In this document: positions 12,002 to 24,899 of the stretch, piece by piece
Layout of the letters: each line of letters opens with the position of its first letter
Position numbering within the stretch: the stretch's first letter is position 1
Assembly (NCBI RefSeq): GCF_018977255.1
Contig: NW_024704743.1
Location: forward strand, 39,000,001-39,064,000
Length of the DNA stretch: 64,000 bases
From: Callorhinchus milii
Lineage: Eukaryota
Direction: 5' to 3'
Made by a program: the position numbers and the translations under genes
Notes under the pieces: model-generated
What the model was told of the DNA's origin: nothing
Seen by the model: the letters and a program-made list of their open reading frames with translations, nothing else
Database searches by the model: none

Positions 12002-12370
12002 ATAATATTAATAATAATATGTGCATTTGATATAGCACCTTATGATGTCTTTGAGACATCTTAATGCGCTTCAGAAAATATACTGTAAAGTGAATTGACT
12101 GTATATTTTGTGGGCTAAACGTGGCAGACAATTGCGTACAGCAGTGTCCTACAAATAATAGTGGATGAGTGACCAAATTAATATTATTATATTTATTTTG
12201 AAGGAAAAGTGATCCGCCAATCGACTAACAAATGGTTCCTACTTACTGTTAGGTAAACAGAGGCGTGTGAAATAAGGAAACTTGTCTAAGGTTTTTGCTC
12301 CACCCAGGAACCGAACCCGGGTCCTCTCACTTGTGAGGCAAGTGCTTTAACCACTACATTACAGGATTCC
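12002..12370 (-). mobile_element. tRNA-derived SINE, long form
   Basis: Head GGAATCCTGTAATGTAGTGGTTAAAGCAC...GGTTCGGTTCC; tail GCTATATCAAATGCA followed by ATT repeats. Confidence 0.85.
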
Positions 12371-12914
12371 AACTCATTATGTCGCTGTCGACAGGACTTC
12401 CTGTGTGTTGCATACACACAATGTACATTAAGTGTCAGCAGTTTCTGATGACCTGGAAAGTATCTGGCTTTCTGCCCACGTACGCAGTGGCACATAACTA
12501 CCATGTTATAAAAGGGCTTTACTGTATTTGGAATTTGTACATATTATGAAAGAATAAAATTAAACTGATGGGGTTCAAGTCAAAGTAATAACACATGTAG
12601 AGGGTTTAGTTAATAAACCACTTGTCTCTCTAGGTTTAGAATACAATTTGAACCACTCAACATGTTACTGCTTCAAAGTACACTTCACATGGTCTATTCT
12701 CGCATATTTATTACTTTAGATTAAATACATCAGCTTGTGCATTAGGTTACTTGGATATAATTTTGATTGATTGTAAGCCATAAAGGATAGGAACAGCTGG
12801 AGTTTCTTAATGTAATAAGAGTATAACTTTGATTTGACAAGGAGGTTCTCATTTGAACAACGGGAATAAAATGTCAGAAACTGCTGTATCAGGGTCCTGC
12901 ACTTGGCTCTGTGA

Positions 12915-13225
12915 GCCGATCCCCATCCTCGTCTGGTTCTACTGGCCCCTCATTCCCCAGAGGATTGAGTTCAAGATCCTCATCCTCACTTTTAAATTCC
13001 TCCATGGTCTTGTCCCACCCCACGTCTGTGACCTTCTTAAAAGTGCAAACCACTCCCTCCACTCAGCAGGCACTGGTCTGGTTTATGTCCCTGCCATGCC
13101 TGCCCCCACATTGGCACTCAGGCTTTCAGCCTATCTGTTCTCCACCTCATCTCATCTTGCCTCCCCCCTTTCCCTCACCTCCTTCAAGGTCCATTTCAAG
13201 GTCTTTTTCTTTGACTGCATCTTTC
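12915..13225 (+). mobile_element. L2 LINE 3' fragment (ORF2 C-terminus remnant)
   Basis: Translates PIPILVWFYWPLIPQRIEFKILILTFKFLHGLVPPHVCDLL, matching the L2 ORF2 C-terminal motif LHWLP..RI.FKILLL.FK.LHGLAP.YL. Confidence 0.8.
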
Positions 13226-14388
13226 CCCTCAGTGTTCTGGGCTCGGTATGGGAACACGCAGGGTTTCTATGCCTGATCATTGCCCAGAAGTGCTGGTGGA
13301 AACTGTATGTGTCTACAGTGTATTCCAGTAGTCTGGACTCACATATGAAAAATGGCCAATTGAATGTTGGGCACCATTTAATACCTCGCCCAGGAAAGAA
13401 GAGCCAGGGGAAGTTGGTGGGGGGGATATTAAATCAATATTGTGCTGTAATGCGTTTAATGAACAAGAGTTTGATGACAACTTATGTAAAGCCAGCTTGG
13501 TATCTCTATTTATTATGGATCATGACGATCTCAAGTACATTTAATTTTCAGGGATTAGCAATCCCCTGCTGTTTTGCCAATATCTCCAGGCTCCCATGTG
13601 AACCTGGTCAATGCTAATAACATGGAATCAGCACAATAATACTGAACCTCCAGGGGGATTAAACTGAAAAGAACCAGATCTGTTTCATTCAATCCACCAC
13701 TAAACATATGGGCAGTAGAAGAAATATATGAAGTGGTTTAATATGATTGCGGTGCCGAGGTACAGTTCACTGATAACTCCCACCATGCCAACTGTGTTTA
13801 TAGGGGTGAAGGCAGAATCATACACCCAGACATCAGACAGAGTCAGCAGAAGAACATTTATTTGTAAGGAAGGCAGTAGGCTGTTCGGTTAAAACCAATT
13901 CAAGGGTGGCTTTTTTTTAACATGGATATGGAGTTGCAATTTGTAATGTGGTATCGTTGATATTGATTCCGAGTCGCAAACAAGAAATTCTGCCAGAAGT
14001 GCATCACTTTCTGAAGTGTTTTAAATAGATTGTGAAGATGTGATTTGATGGGTTTTAAATGTCAGCCGGGCTTGATTGCTAACCTCCTCTGAGACATAAG
14101 GCTGAAAATTCAAACCCGCGTCAGGACTTTAAGATCACAGTCTAGACTGACAATCCAGTGTGGTGGGAAGACTGCATTGTTAGATATGCAGTCCTTTGAA
14201 TGAGACATTAAACTGAGATCCCTTCTATCTGTTTGTTTGGTTTTTAAGAATTCAATGGGACCTTTGGAAAAGAAAAGGCAGTTTCTCCCGGTGTCCTGAC
14301 CAACAATTCTCCAGAAAGAATTGATCATTAACTTCATAGCTGTTTGTGGGACATTGCTGAACTCAAATTGACTGTTAAGTTTGCCTAC

Positions 14389-14423
<35 letters not shown>

Positions 14424-14795
14424 CCTTGCATTTGATATAGCACCTTATCACATCATTGAGACGTCTCAAAGCACTTCTCAGAAAATACTGTAAAGTGAAT
14501 TGACTGCATATTTTCTGGACGAAACACGGCATTCCAATTGCACACAGCAGTGTCTCACAAACAGTCGTGGATTGAGTGATCAAATTATTGTGATTATTAT
14601 TTTTTTCTTTAAAGGGATTATTACCCCTGGAAAGCGATTCGCCAATCGAATATCAACTGGATTCCTACTTACTACTAGGTAAACAGAGGCATCTGGAGTA
14701 AGGAAACTTGCCTACGGTTTCGCCCTGCCTGGGAATCGAATCTGGGTCCTTTCGCTTGTGAGGTGAGTGCTCTAACTAATACTCTACAGGACTTC
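14389..14795 (-). mobile_element. tRNA-derived SINE, long form, with (ATT)n tail
   Basis: Same family as 12002-12370; (TAA)n microsatellite tail at 14389-14423. Confidence 0.85.
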
Positions 14796-14982
14796 ACGAT
14801 ACTCAATACACTTTTCAGTAAAATCCAAACTATTATTTCTTCCCGTTTTCTCCATTTATAATTTGTGTCAATATTAATTATTCCTGTTACAAATCATTTC
14901 AAATTAGATTGATTTTCTACCATCCAGCAATTAATACCACAGTACTTCACAGGGAATAAAGAAGTCTCCATCTGGTATTTAC

Positions 14983-15097
14983 CTTTGTTTTCCCCAGCTG
15001 CCAATCCATGTTGGTGTTGTCATAGAGATGAAGCAGCGCAGCACACTTTTCCTTCACATCTTCTGGCAGATCGAGGTTTTGCATCAAGACTTTATAC
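14983..15097 (-). CDS. MYO10: MYO10 exon 21 (YKVLMQNLDLPEDVKEKC...WQLGKTK)
   Basis: 115 nt; CAG| ... |GTAAA; phase 2-0. Confidence 0.95.
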
Positions 15098-15682
15098 CTG
15101 AAGAGAGAAGCCCATGAACTCAGCCTGCACTGTTCACTAAATATACATCTTGTAAACTGTACAGCCATCAAGTCAATTTGCAGCCATTAGCAGGTTGATT
15201 CACCAAAAGCAGTTAAGTTCTATCTCAGGATACAAATTCCAGGAAACTACTGGTACTAGAGTGAACGATTGGTCCTATATAATTTTTTGTGCCCAAACTT
15301 TAACGCATGAAAATTGTTCTGTTTCAGTGTTATTCTCCAGCAGACAGCAGAACTGTAGTCAATCAGAAGCCGTTTTCAGAATGAATCCGTGACTTCAGTT
15401 TAACATGCAGTGTTAACTGCTGCCTGGACATGTTGGCCATATTTAAAGACTGATTTGAACAGGAATTGTAACCCCAAAAGCATGTCAGTTGCGTCGTGGG
15501 GGGAGGGTGTGTGTGTGTGTGTGTGGGGGGGGGTGGTGGGTGGACTGGAGATGAGAGCAGAAGCCAGTTGAGACTGAATTCTTGGAGCTAGAATGTCACG
15601 GCTGAGATTGCAATGAGAGTTCGGACACATTTGGTCCTTCCAGCCTCCCGGCTGTCCCTTTTGTCTGCCGTCTTTTCCCATT

Positions 15683-15940
15683 AATAATAATAATCCTTGC
15701 ATTTGATATAGCGCTTTTCACGTCTTCTAGACGTCCCAAAGCGCTTCACAGAATATGCTGTAAAGTGAATTGACTGTACATTTGTGGGCGAACGCGGCAG
15801 CCAATTGCGCACAGCAATATCCCACAAACAGTCGTAGATTGAAAATGACCAATTTATTATTGTTTTATTTTGGAGGGATTATTATTAGGCGTGTGGAGTA
15901 AGGAAACTTACCCAAGGTTTCGCCCTGCCGGGAATTGAAC
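15683..15940 (-). mobile_element. tRNA-derived SINE, short form, 5'-truncated
   Basis: Very similar to 21906-22227 and 58592-58925. Confidence 0.85.
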
Positions 15941-16148
15941 ATTAGCAGCAACAGCACCAAGCTCAACAGCCTGAGCCAAGTTCACAAGCAGTATGTCACT
16001 GCCATTCACTCCATAGCTCTTTCTGGGACATTCCTATGTGCAAATTGGCCAACCCGTCCGTGTACAAAATACAGTCACTACATTTTACAGTAAGTCATGT
16101 GAAGGCTTTGATGTGAAAGGCGTTATATAAATTGTTCACAAATGATAC

Positions 16149-16273
16149 CTTGCATGAAAGTCCTGGAAGGGCCTTCTGACCGGAAATCCAGCTTGCCGTA
16201 TTTTCACAGTTTCTAACATTCCTGAATACCGCAGCTGGTTCAGCACCACAGTTTGGTCAAACTGATCTGGCAT
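16149..16273 (-). CDS. MYO10: MYO10 exon 20 (MPDQFDQTVVLNQLRYSGMLETVKIRQAGFPVRRPFQDFHAR)
   Basis: 125 nt; CAG|ATG ... |GTATC; phase 0-2; read manually. Confidence 0.95.
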
Positions 16274-19200
16274 CTGAGAGGAGAGGCAAACCAGAGAACA
16301 GAATTACTCAATCTGACATCGGGAATTGCAGAGTAATATTGAACCCCAATGGGAAAATTTATTGCCTCTGATTATTTATACATTCCAGCTGCTAAAGCAT
16401 TTTTCTCTGCGTGATGAACATTAAAATTAGATTTTCCTGAGGCATTCCAGACATCGCCATATCGAAGTTTCACTAACATAAGACATGATTGCATAAAGAA
16501 CAAGGTACGATAATGTTATGGAGGCACTGATGATACAAATTGCTTTCAGTCAAAATTTAAACTTTCCTATATTTATAAATAAGATGAAATCATGTGGGTG
16601 AATGTTTGTGGTGGGGGTGTGTGTGGTGCGGGGAAGAATAGAGCTGGCACAGTATCCGACTCAGCTGTGTTGTCTCCCTTAGTGCAATATCTGACATTCA
16701 CTGTAATGTTCACACAAGAGGAATGGACACTTTGGCTTTTCTGCAGGGAGATTATTCAGAGGTGCTGAACAGTGCCCAATTCCTGTGGAACCGTGCCCCA
16801 GCAGAACGAATGAGTCAAAATGCCCCTGGCAGAGAGGGAGGAAGAAAGGAAAAACGAGAGGGAGAGAGAAAAAAAGAGGAGAAAAAGAAAGCAGAAAATA
16901 ACACTGCAAAAGTCTGAATTGCCAATATGCTGCAATTTTCAGAAAGGGATGCTGTAAAATAAATTGCTCACAACAGCCATCATGTTGAAACAGACATTTG
17001 TGAAGAGGATCCAGTGTCATATCCAGAAATATTACTGTAAATCAATCCTCGTAAGCACAAAAAGAATAAGAAAGAGGCTGTTGCACTGGGAAGAATAATC
17101 TTTTCTATATTAATATCTAAAAGTTTCCTTTAAATCTAAAAGTGTTGTTGAAAACAATTGAAAGGTCTTTGCCTCTGCACAGTTTCACAGTCATTTATCC
17201 ATTGTTCTTCTTTCACATTTCATTATTCATATACTAAAGTAATCAATCAGGCAGACAAAGGATTCAAACACCTCCCCACCCCCTCTTCTATAACTAGTCG
17301 CTAGAGAACAGATCATTGTTCAAAGCTTCACTGTGCACACAGGACCAAAGAGAGAAAAAGAAAATCTCCTTGTGAGAAGCAATAGCACAGCTCTGAACAC
17401 TAAAATGAGCAGGGAAATTAGACTCATAATGGGTTCCACAAATCCACAGGTACCATCAGCAGCAAATCAACCAGCAGGTGGGGAGATTTCATCAAGGTGA
17501 GTGAATCAGACACTTTGCACTCCTTACTCTTTTCCCTTCCCATCCCAACCACTGCCTCACCTCATGGCACTCACATTCCGCACTCACTGGCCTGACCAAG
17601 AACTTAAGTAACATATGCAGGGGACTCCATACACATGAGGCAGTAGAGATACATCAGCTACCTGAGCTGTTTCTTTGTCCTCTCTTTTGGTTTTGAGCAG
17701 TTACGCACCATTCCGCCCTTTCAATCATTCAGTAGTTTTATGGCTGGTTTAAGACACCCAATAAGTTACTAATCTTTCAGGGATCGATGTAATCACCTAA
17801 AATCTGACTTAAAAGTTTTTGCTCCCAGAAGGAAACAAAAACTAACACACTTTCTAACTGACCCTTAAGCAAAAGCACAGCAAGACTCCCATTTTTTAAA
17901 GAAAGCTACAACCATAGGCAAATAAGATTAAAAAAAAAGTTCAAGTTCTCCTTGTTATCTGAAGCTAAAGTTAAATACTTACCAAGCGGTAGAGTGAATA
18001 TAATGTGCCCAGTTCACCAGCTCCTTCAAATCTTTAGTTGAATTCCATACGTAAAAGCTAAGGATTGCGACTGCCCTGACCTCGCTCAGACAAGCAGATA
18101 AACTGAACAATACTAAAGTCAGTCTAGCAATTTAAAAGTGACTAGTTTCTATGACAACGCTTTCCATGCTGAGGGTAATTAGTGGCTTGTACTGGGAGGG
18201 CTATTGGACTGCAGCGAGAGCAGTACTGGTCCAGTAATATTCAACAGTCACCAAAAGGGCGAGCTTCAACAAGTCACCTATTGAGACAAAGCAGCTGTGG
18301 TCTTCACACCAATTTCAAGGGAAAGCGACAGAGAGAGAGAAAGCGAGAGAGGTCCAGCTGACAATTTTGCAAGCCTACTACAGCAAATATTTGTTCTCTC
18401 CAACCCTCGCCCTTTTCTACGCTGTATGAGCCTATCTAAAATCGATGTGTGAAGAGAGGGCTGCTAGTTATATCATTGAAAAGCAAATAAGAGTCCGCGA
18501 ATATGTTTGAGAACGCATCAACCTTAGGCCCTTCAAGCAGCCACGTAATGGGCATATGTCTTATCGGAAATTGCAGTAAGGCAGATTCTCTTGATCATAG
18601 AGTATTGGAAATCAATAGCTAGTTTTGAAAGACTATTTCCACTTGGCAGTGTATCTGTAACAAGAGTATTACAAAGACCTGTTCACATAAGGAAGGACAC
18701 TGGCACTATAAGTGAGAGAGTACTAAAATGGGGGTGTTTATAATGGGGTTTTGCTGTGGTTGGAGCAAAAGCTGGGTTTTTCTTTAATAATGGGAATCCA
18801 GTTATATAGCAAATACACCATAGCACTAGTGGATGGATCCCTGTTGCATCTGAGGTGATAGCACATGAGTGGAGCTCTCACACAATGCCAGTCAAAAAAA
18901 AACTTGCCCCAAATCTCTTCAGCACACTGCCATCACCATCTTTAACTTTTCACAGATAAGTGATGTGAACATCTATTTGAACTCTCAAACAACATGATGC
19001 TTGCCAAGGGTTTACCTATTGCAAACAGGAAAGAAATGAAGGAATCAGAGGTTTTAAAAAAATGTTCATTAGCATCAAAGTGTTCTCAAACAAGTATGGA
19101 AATGGGTCAATGTACACAGCTATACCCAGGGGGTTCAATGAGATTTAAAAAATAATCCATCAGCACCGGGTACATTTTATGTTCAGTCCTTGGTTAAGTA

Positions 19201-21905
19201 AATGTGGGGCGCAGTACAGATCATAGGTTTGAAGTAACGATACTTTTTATCTTCGCTAGGGTAAACATGTAAAGGTGAAACATAGTTTATTGGACAGTGG
19301 GACATTTCTCCAATTCCCTCATTTCTCTCCACAAAGCTCTTGTGGTCCTTTGACCTCAAGTGGGTGAAGACAACTGTCAAAACTTGCTCACAGGCTTCAG
19401 CTGACCACCAGGAGGTGTTTTGCAGAAACCAGCAATTCCTACACCTTTGATTCTTTATTCTAGTCGGGAAGTTACATGTGCGTACATGTTTCAGGGGTGG
19501 GAGAGGGTTATGGAATTATTCATCAAACCCGTGGCTTTTTCGCTTTGAACTCACAGTCTTTGCTGACTCTCCAATGCAATACTGGGTGTGTGCTGCATGA
19601 TCAGAGGTGCTGTCTTATGAATGAGGTCTCGTCTGCCTATTCAAATAAACATTAAAGGTTTCATGGCACTATAGACACGATCAGCATATTCAAATTTCTA
19701 TTCAAAAAGAGAAGGGAGTTTCTCCAGTTGTCCTGGTCATCAAATCCCCCAGATAAAAATTGTCACTCACTTCATGGCTGTTTAAGGGACATTTCTGTGT
19801 GTAAATTGGCTGCCACAACTTGCCGATAAATTCACTATCACTACATTTGACAGGAAATCATATGAAGCGCTTTGAAATGTTTTGATGACCTGATAACCTA
19901 ACGATTATTGTTTTCCCAATTAAAAGACTTCTGCTGTCCCCTTTCCCCTCTTTTGGTTTCTGTGGGAAGCACAATCTGTGGTTCACCGGTCAGCAGGGAT
20001 CCCTGTCTGTAGGCCTGAGCAGACACAGCTCAGTACCCAGCTGCTCTGAGATGTACAAAAACAGCCCAGTATAACTCACGCTCCAATGTGACCTCCCACA
20101 CCACACAGAGGGAAGTCTCTTTGGAGGGAAAACAACATAAACTGATGCCCCAACCATTCTTCGATATAGGCCACTGAAACACCAATACTGCTTTCCTCAC
20201 AAAAATATCCCTGGGGTTTCTGCAAATGTGTAAATGTCTATTCAAGAGGGTTGTAAGTCTGGGCAGAGAAAACATTATGCAGCAAAATGACAAATGGAAT
20301 CGTGCCAATTTGTGTCACAAAGCAGTTCATTTTTTTTCTTCACTTTGTGCCCATACTTGAGTTGCTAATTTAGTCCTAATACACTTGGAAGTGCAAAGCT
20401 GGAATTAAAAGGCTTTGACTTTCTAAAGAGAGTCGTCTGCAAGCACAATGGGAGCAGGGAGCACAACCGCTTCCTCGGTCATTCTCAAAACCTTCGAATT
20501 CACCAGAACCCAATAGGCAAGGTACAGCCACACAGAGCAGGCTCCAGCTGGGGTCTCTCACAGACCCTCCTCCCCACCTGTGAATAATCTGTCACAGCTT
20601 CACCGAGGTCAAACTAATTAGAGCAAGTTTCCTGTGACACAGACATCACCCGCACTGCTGCCAGCAGTCAGCATTCTGTGCCGAAGTTTCTCTTGGACCA
20701 TCCTTCCCTGCTGTTGAACGTCCATGAAAATGGTGTTTAAAAACTAATTAACAGCCAGCTGTCTCCTGAGGACACCTTGTCTGGCTTATGGTCCTCAAAG
20801 TCACTTTTATTTCTATGGCCGGAATGACAAGAACAAAACCACTTGTCTGGACCCAAGTGTGTTTCATTTTGTGATACAAAAGGCTTGACGTTAATTACCA
20901 GATGTACCCGTGCATGTCCAATACCTTGCAAATAGTAAATACATCCAAGTGTTAAAACTCCAAATGTTACAATGGCATACATTTTCCTACACTTGTTCTT
21001 TTTGATTCAAGGACATAAATGTATTTTTTAAATGTTCAATGTGCCTTAAAGAAGAAGAAAAATAAAGGGAGAGAAAATCCCACCAGCCTATGAATTTTGC
21101 CTTAGAACAAATACGACTTTTGAAGACAAGTCCATAAGTGCTTTGAATACTTGAGAATTTATTTTAATGAAAGGAAATGTAGAATGAGCAAGGGGAAGTG
21201 GGTAGGGTACAGTAGAGAAACAATTATCTGCACTAATTGGGAGTGGCTGTTTCTGGATAAGAAAATGTTACATCAAACTTATTCTGTCACCATACTGTGC
21301 TTTGTCACTCTGAGTCCCTCTAACTTACAATCTTACACTGTCTATCTCTATAATTTTCTCTCAAGATTTTCTCTCTCTCTCCATCTTGAAGCCTACACTG
21401 AAGATTTCTAAATAAACTTTTATCTTTGCATTGCCATTTCACAGTGTAATCTCACGTGTGCGACAAGATTTCTTTGCAGCTTGGAGTTCACTTTTCTCGC
21501 TCTTTCTCTCTTTGAGACATCTCGAATACGTGATAAGGGTCTATATCAAACGCAAGGATTATTATTATTGTCCTGCTGTAGCCATTTCAGTGTTCTGTGG
21601 TGTTTGCTCAGGGCTTTTATTGGTGTCATGTGACTTACAAAACACTGCAAAAGACTCCTTTTTCGCGGAGCTCAGCACATCTGATAATTAGTGGATTTGA
21701 GGAGAATTGGCAAGCGAATAGGCACCATTCTACTGTAGGTATCTCCAGTGGAGGTGATAGCACCAGAACAGACACATGAATTCTTCCTGTGTTGCAAATC
21801 TTCAAATTAAAACTGCATCTTCCACCCGGCTAGTGACAGCTTTAGTTTAGTCGCCATTCACTTTACCTCCTGTAGAGTTTACAGGGCAGTCCGTAATGGA
21901 GCCAT

Positions 21906-22227
21906 ATAATAATAATAATCCTTGCATTTGATATAGCGCTTTTCACGTCTTCTAGACGTCCCAAAGTGCTTCACAGAATATACTGTAAAGTGAATTGACT
22001 GTATATTTGTGGGCGAACGCGGCAGCCAATTGCGCACAGCAATGTCCCACAAACAGTCGTAGATTGAAAATTACCAATTTATTATTGTTTTTGTTTTTTT
22101 GGAGGGATTATTATTAGGCGTGTGCAGTAAGGAAACTTGCCCAGGGTTTCGCCCTGACCTGCCTGGAATTGAACTCAGGTCTCTCGCTTGCAAAGCGAGT
22201 GCTCTAACCACTGAGCTACAGGATTCC
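21906..22227 (-). mobile_element. tRNA-derived SINE, short form, full length
   Basis: Head GGAATCCTGTAGCTCAGTGGTTAGAGCACTCGCTTTGCAAGCGAGAGACCTGAGTTCAATTCC (A and B boxes); L2-type tail with (ATT)n. Confidence 0.9.
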
Positions 22228-24492
22228 ACAATATCAGCTCCATGCACAAACTCACAGGTCCATGATATGGCCTGGACTTGGTGTTGAGCCGGAAGTCGGA
22301 CATTTTAATACCCTCTGAAGACCCACCTTAGTGAGCTAGAGCTGGGAACGAACAAAGTGTAGTAACAAATCTCAAACTGAAGGGGGGAAAAAAAATCATT
22401 TTATTTGAAAACGAGAACCATGATATAGTAGCTGCTGCCTTTCTTCCAGGCTTTTCCTCTTTAAAATCTTAGCTTTTGAAGCCTTCCCCACATAAATGGT
22501 GTACAGGTGTGCAATAACCTGGAGAGAACTGAAACAAAAAATATTGGAATGCGCTGTCTCTGTTGTAGATCAAATGTGTCATTTTGGCAGTACATTAAAT
22601 AATAAAATGATAAAATAATGATCCTTATATTTGATATAGAACCTTACATGTTAGGAAGATGTTTCAAAATGCTTCACAGGATTTATTGTAAAGTGTAGTT
22701 ATTGTGTTTTTGTAGGAGATCGGGGCAGTTAATTCGCTCAGTAATGTCATGAAGCAATAAAATACTGCATATTGAATATGGATTTTCCTCCCAAACATAT
22801 TGAAACAAAATATAAACAGAAATCGGTTAGGTTATATATAAAATAACTAGTGACTGGGAACCCAATAATGGATTCTGAAAAGGTCATAAACTGCAAAAGA
22901 GATCCCTGGGCGATTAATTTATGTCATTAGAACCCCAAGATTGTATTACAGCTCTGCAAAAGACTCCCTGCCATCTGTTGTTTTATACAATACATAGAAT
23001 TGGGTTTCTGCCTCTCGAGAATTAAAAAGTGCAGGTTCACAACTCCCTGCCCTTCTGCGTGGAATTGATCAGTGTGACATTCACACCAGTTTGAACGTCC
23101 TCGGAGTGGTGCAGCCCCATGGAAAGGACACAGTTAAGTTTGTTACCAGGAATATTCCCCACCTAGATGCACCACATTCAAACCTGCAAAAAGATGGATA
23201 CCAACCCGTAGAACTGTAGTTCTTTCAATTTATTTAAAATCCTTGAAACTAGGGCAGCAATTGAACACAATATTGTATCTTCCTGATTTCAAGTCTCTCT
23301 TAAGGTGAGGTATAAAAGCTTAAGATAAAATAATGCAATCAGTTAACAGAGTAGTGGGTCTAAAGTTAAAGTAATCATCTCCACATTAATTATGACCCCT
23401 GTTTGCATCTGAAAATCATGATCCCAAATGCTGACAAAAGCAGTTGTGTGCCAGCCATTTTGCTTATAGTCCTTTGCTCAGCAGAGAAATAGTGTAAAAG
23501 CAAACCGCTAAATCCACGTGTAGGTGGGATGCACGGAGCTCTGTTTCGTTTTGATAATCTTAAGCACAGTGATGGGTTTCCGCATGAGTCAGACATCTGG
23601 CTGTCCGAAAACCAAATGTGACTCCTGGTTTCCATCACAGTTTGTGTTTGGTTTCAGGCAGTTTATGAGTCAAGGAAAGGCCCGAAATGCCCAACAAAAG
23701 TACGGAAGGCAAACACCAACCATAAAATAGCTTTTGCCAAAGTACCGTGAGTTACTCACACAAAACAAATGAAAGCACTGAGTGAACACCACAGAATATC
23801 ACCACACTGAAGTGGCTAATGCAAAACAACCCTGAAGAAAGCAGCACTGAGTTTACAATAAAGACGACAACTATAAAACAGCTAAGACAGAACAGCACTG
23901 AGTTCACCCTACAGAACAACACCTACTGCAACTCTCGCCTGACACAAGGCACAACTGCTGTACAGCACTTACATTATTCGGGAACCTTCAGACATAACCA
24001 CCTGACAATTCTGTCATTAACTCAGGATTTTTTTTTGTTCGCTCTGTGGCTCAGTTGGGATTGTTCATAACATAAAGATCATAAAACAGCTACAATAGTG
24101 TTGTGTATTCAACCGTTTGGTTTGCATTCTGGTCTGTAGGTTTCACACAATATCACAAGGGAGATAAAGAAGATCTTTCATCCCACTTTCATCTCATCAT
24201 TCCAGAATGCCCACCCTCCCATCACAGCATCACACTATTTAGTAAATGAGTCCCATGTTCTGGCCTCAACCACCCTTCCTCCTTGTGAATTTCTGCTTTA
24301 TCCTCATCAGGACCAGAAACATCTGCAGACATTATCCTGTACACAAACTATACTCCTATGCTAAACCTCACTTTGGACACTGTGGTGAGTGTATTAAAGA
24401 CAGATTATAATTGACAATACTTTGGAGAAAGAAAGCATTATTTGACAGAGGCATTGACAAACGATGGAACGACAAAAAAGGAACTTGTGGTG

Positions 24493-24899
24493 TAATAATA
24501 ATCTTTGCATTTAATATAGTGCCTTGTTACATCTTCGAGACGTCTCAAAGCACTTCACAGAATATACTGTAAAGTGAATTGACTGTATATTTTGTGGGCG
24601 AAACTTGGCAGCCAATTACGCACAGCAGTGTTCCACAAACAGTCGTGGATTGAGTGACCAATTTATTATTTATTATTATTTATTAATTTAATTATTTTAT
24701 TATTATTTTTTTTTTGAAGGAATTATTACGCCCGGAAAAGCGATCCGCCAATCGACTAACAACTGGGTTCCTACTTACTGCTAAGTAAACAGAGGCGCGT
24801 GGAGTAAAGAAAGTTGCCCAACATTTTGCCCTGCCGGGAATCGAACCCAGGTCTCTTGCTTGAAAGGCGAGTGCTCTAACCACTGAGCTACAGGACTCC
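24493..24899 (-). mobile_element. tRNA-derived SINE, long form, full length
   Basis: A box TAGCTCAGTGG, B box GGTTCGATTCC, internal segment absent from the short form, L2-type tail. Confidence 0.9.

Noticed and set aside
12853..13617. 254-aa plus-strand ORF as an independent gene
   Set aside because: Its only recognisable part is a decayed L2 ORF2 C-terminus; the rest runs through unrelated intronic sequence
14110..14583. 157-aa ORF with a poly-Tyr run (similar ORFs near 46516 and 58590)
   Set aside because: Translation of SINE bodies and their (TAT)n tails
16141..16148. Exon 20 donor GTATCATT as a second U12 intron
   Set aside because: Deviates from GTATCCTT at +6, has U2-type exonic AAG, and the downstream acceptor has a normal pyrimidine tract
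16720..16817. TEAD-like GGAATG and AP-1 TGAGTCA (also CTTCC-TGACTCA at 29106-29117) as enhancers
   Set aside because: 6-7-bp motifs are expected by chance in 64 kb; unsupported without conservation or chromatin data
22155..22227. tRNA-like sequence with A and B boxes as a tRNA gene
   Set aside because: It is the head of a multi-copy SINE, continuous with SINE body and tail in every copy
23772..23920. Three spaced AGCACTGAGT units resembling an array
   Set aside because: Only three degenerate units with irregular spacing in a vertebrate intron; decayed minisatellite, not CRISPR-like
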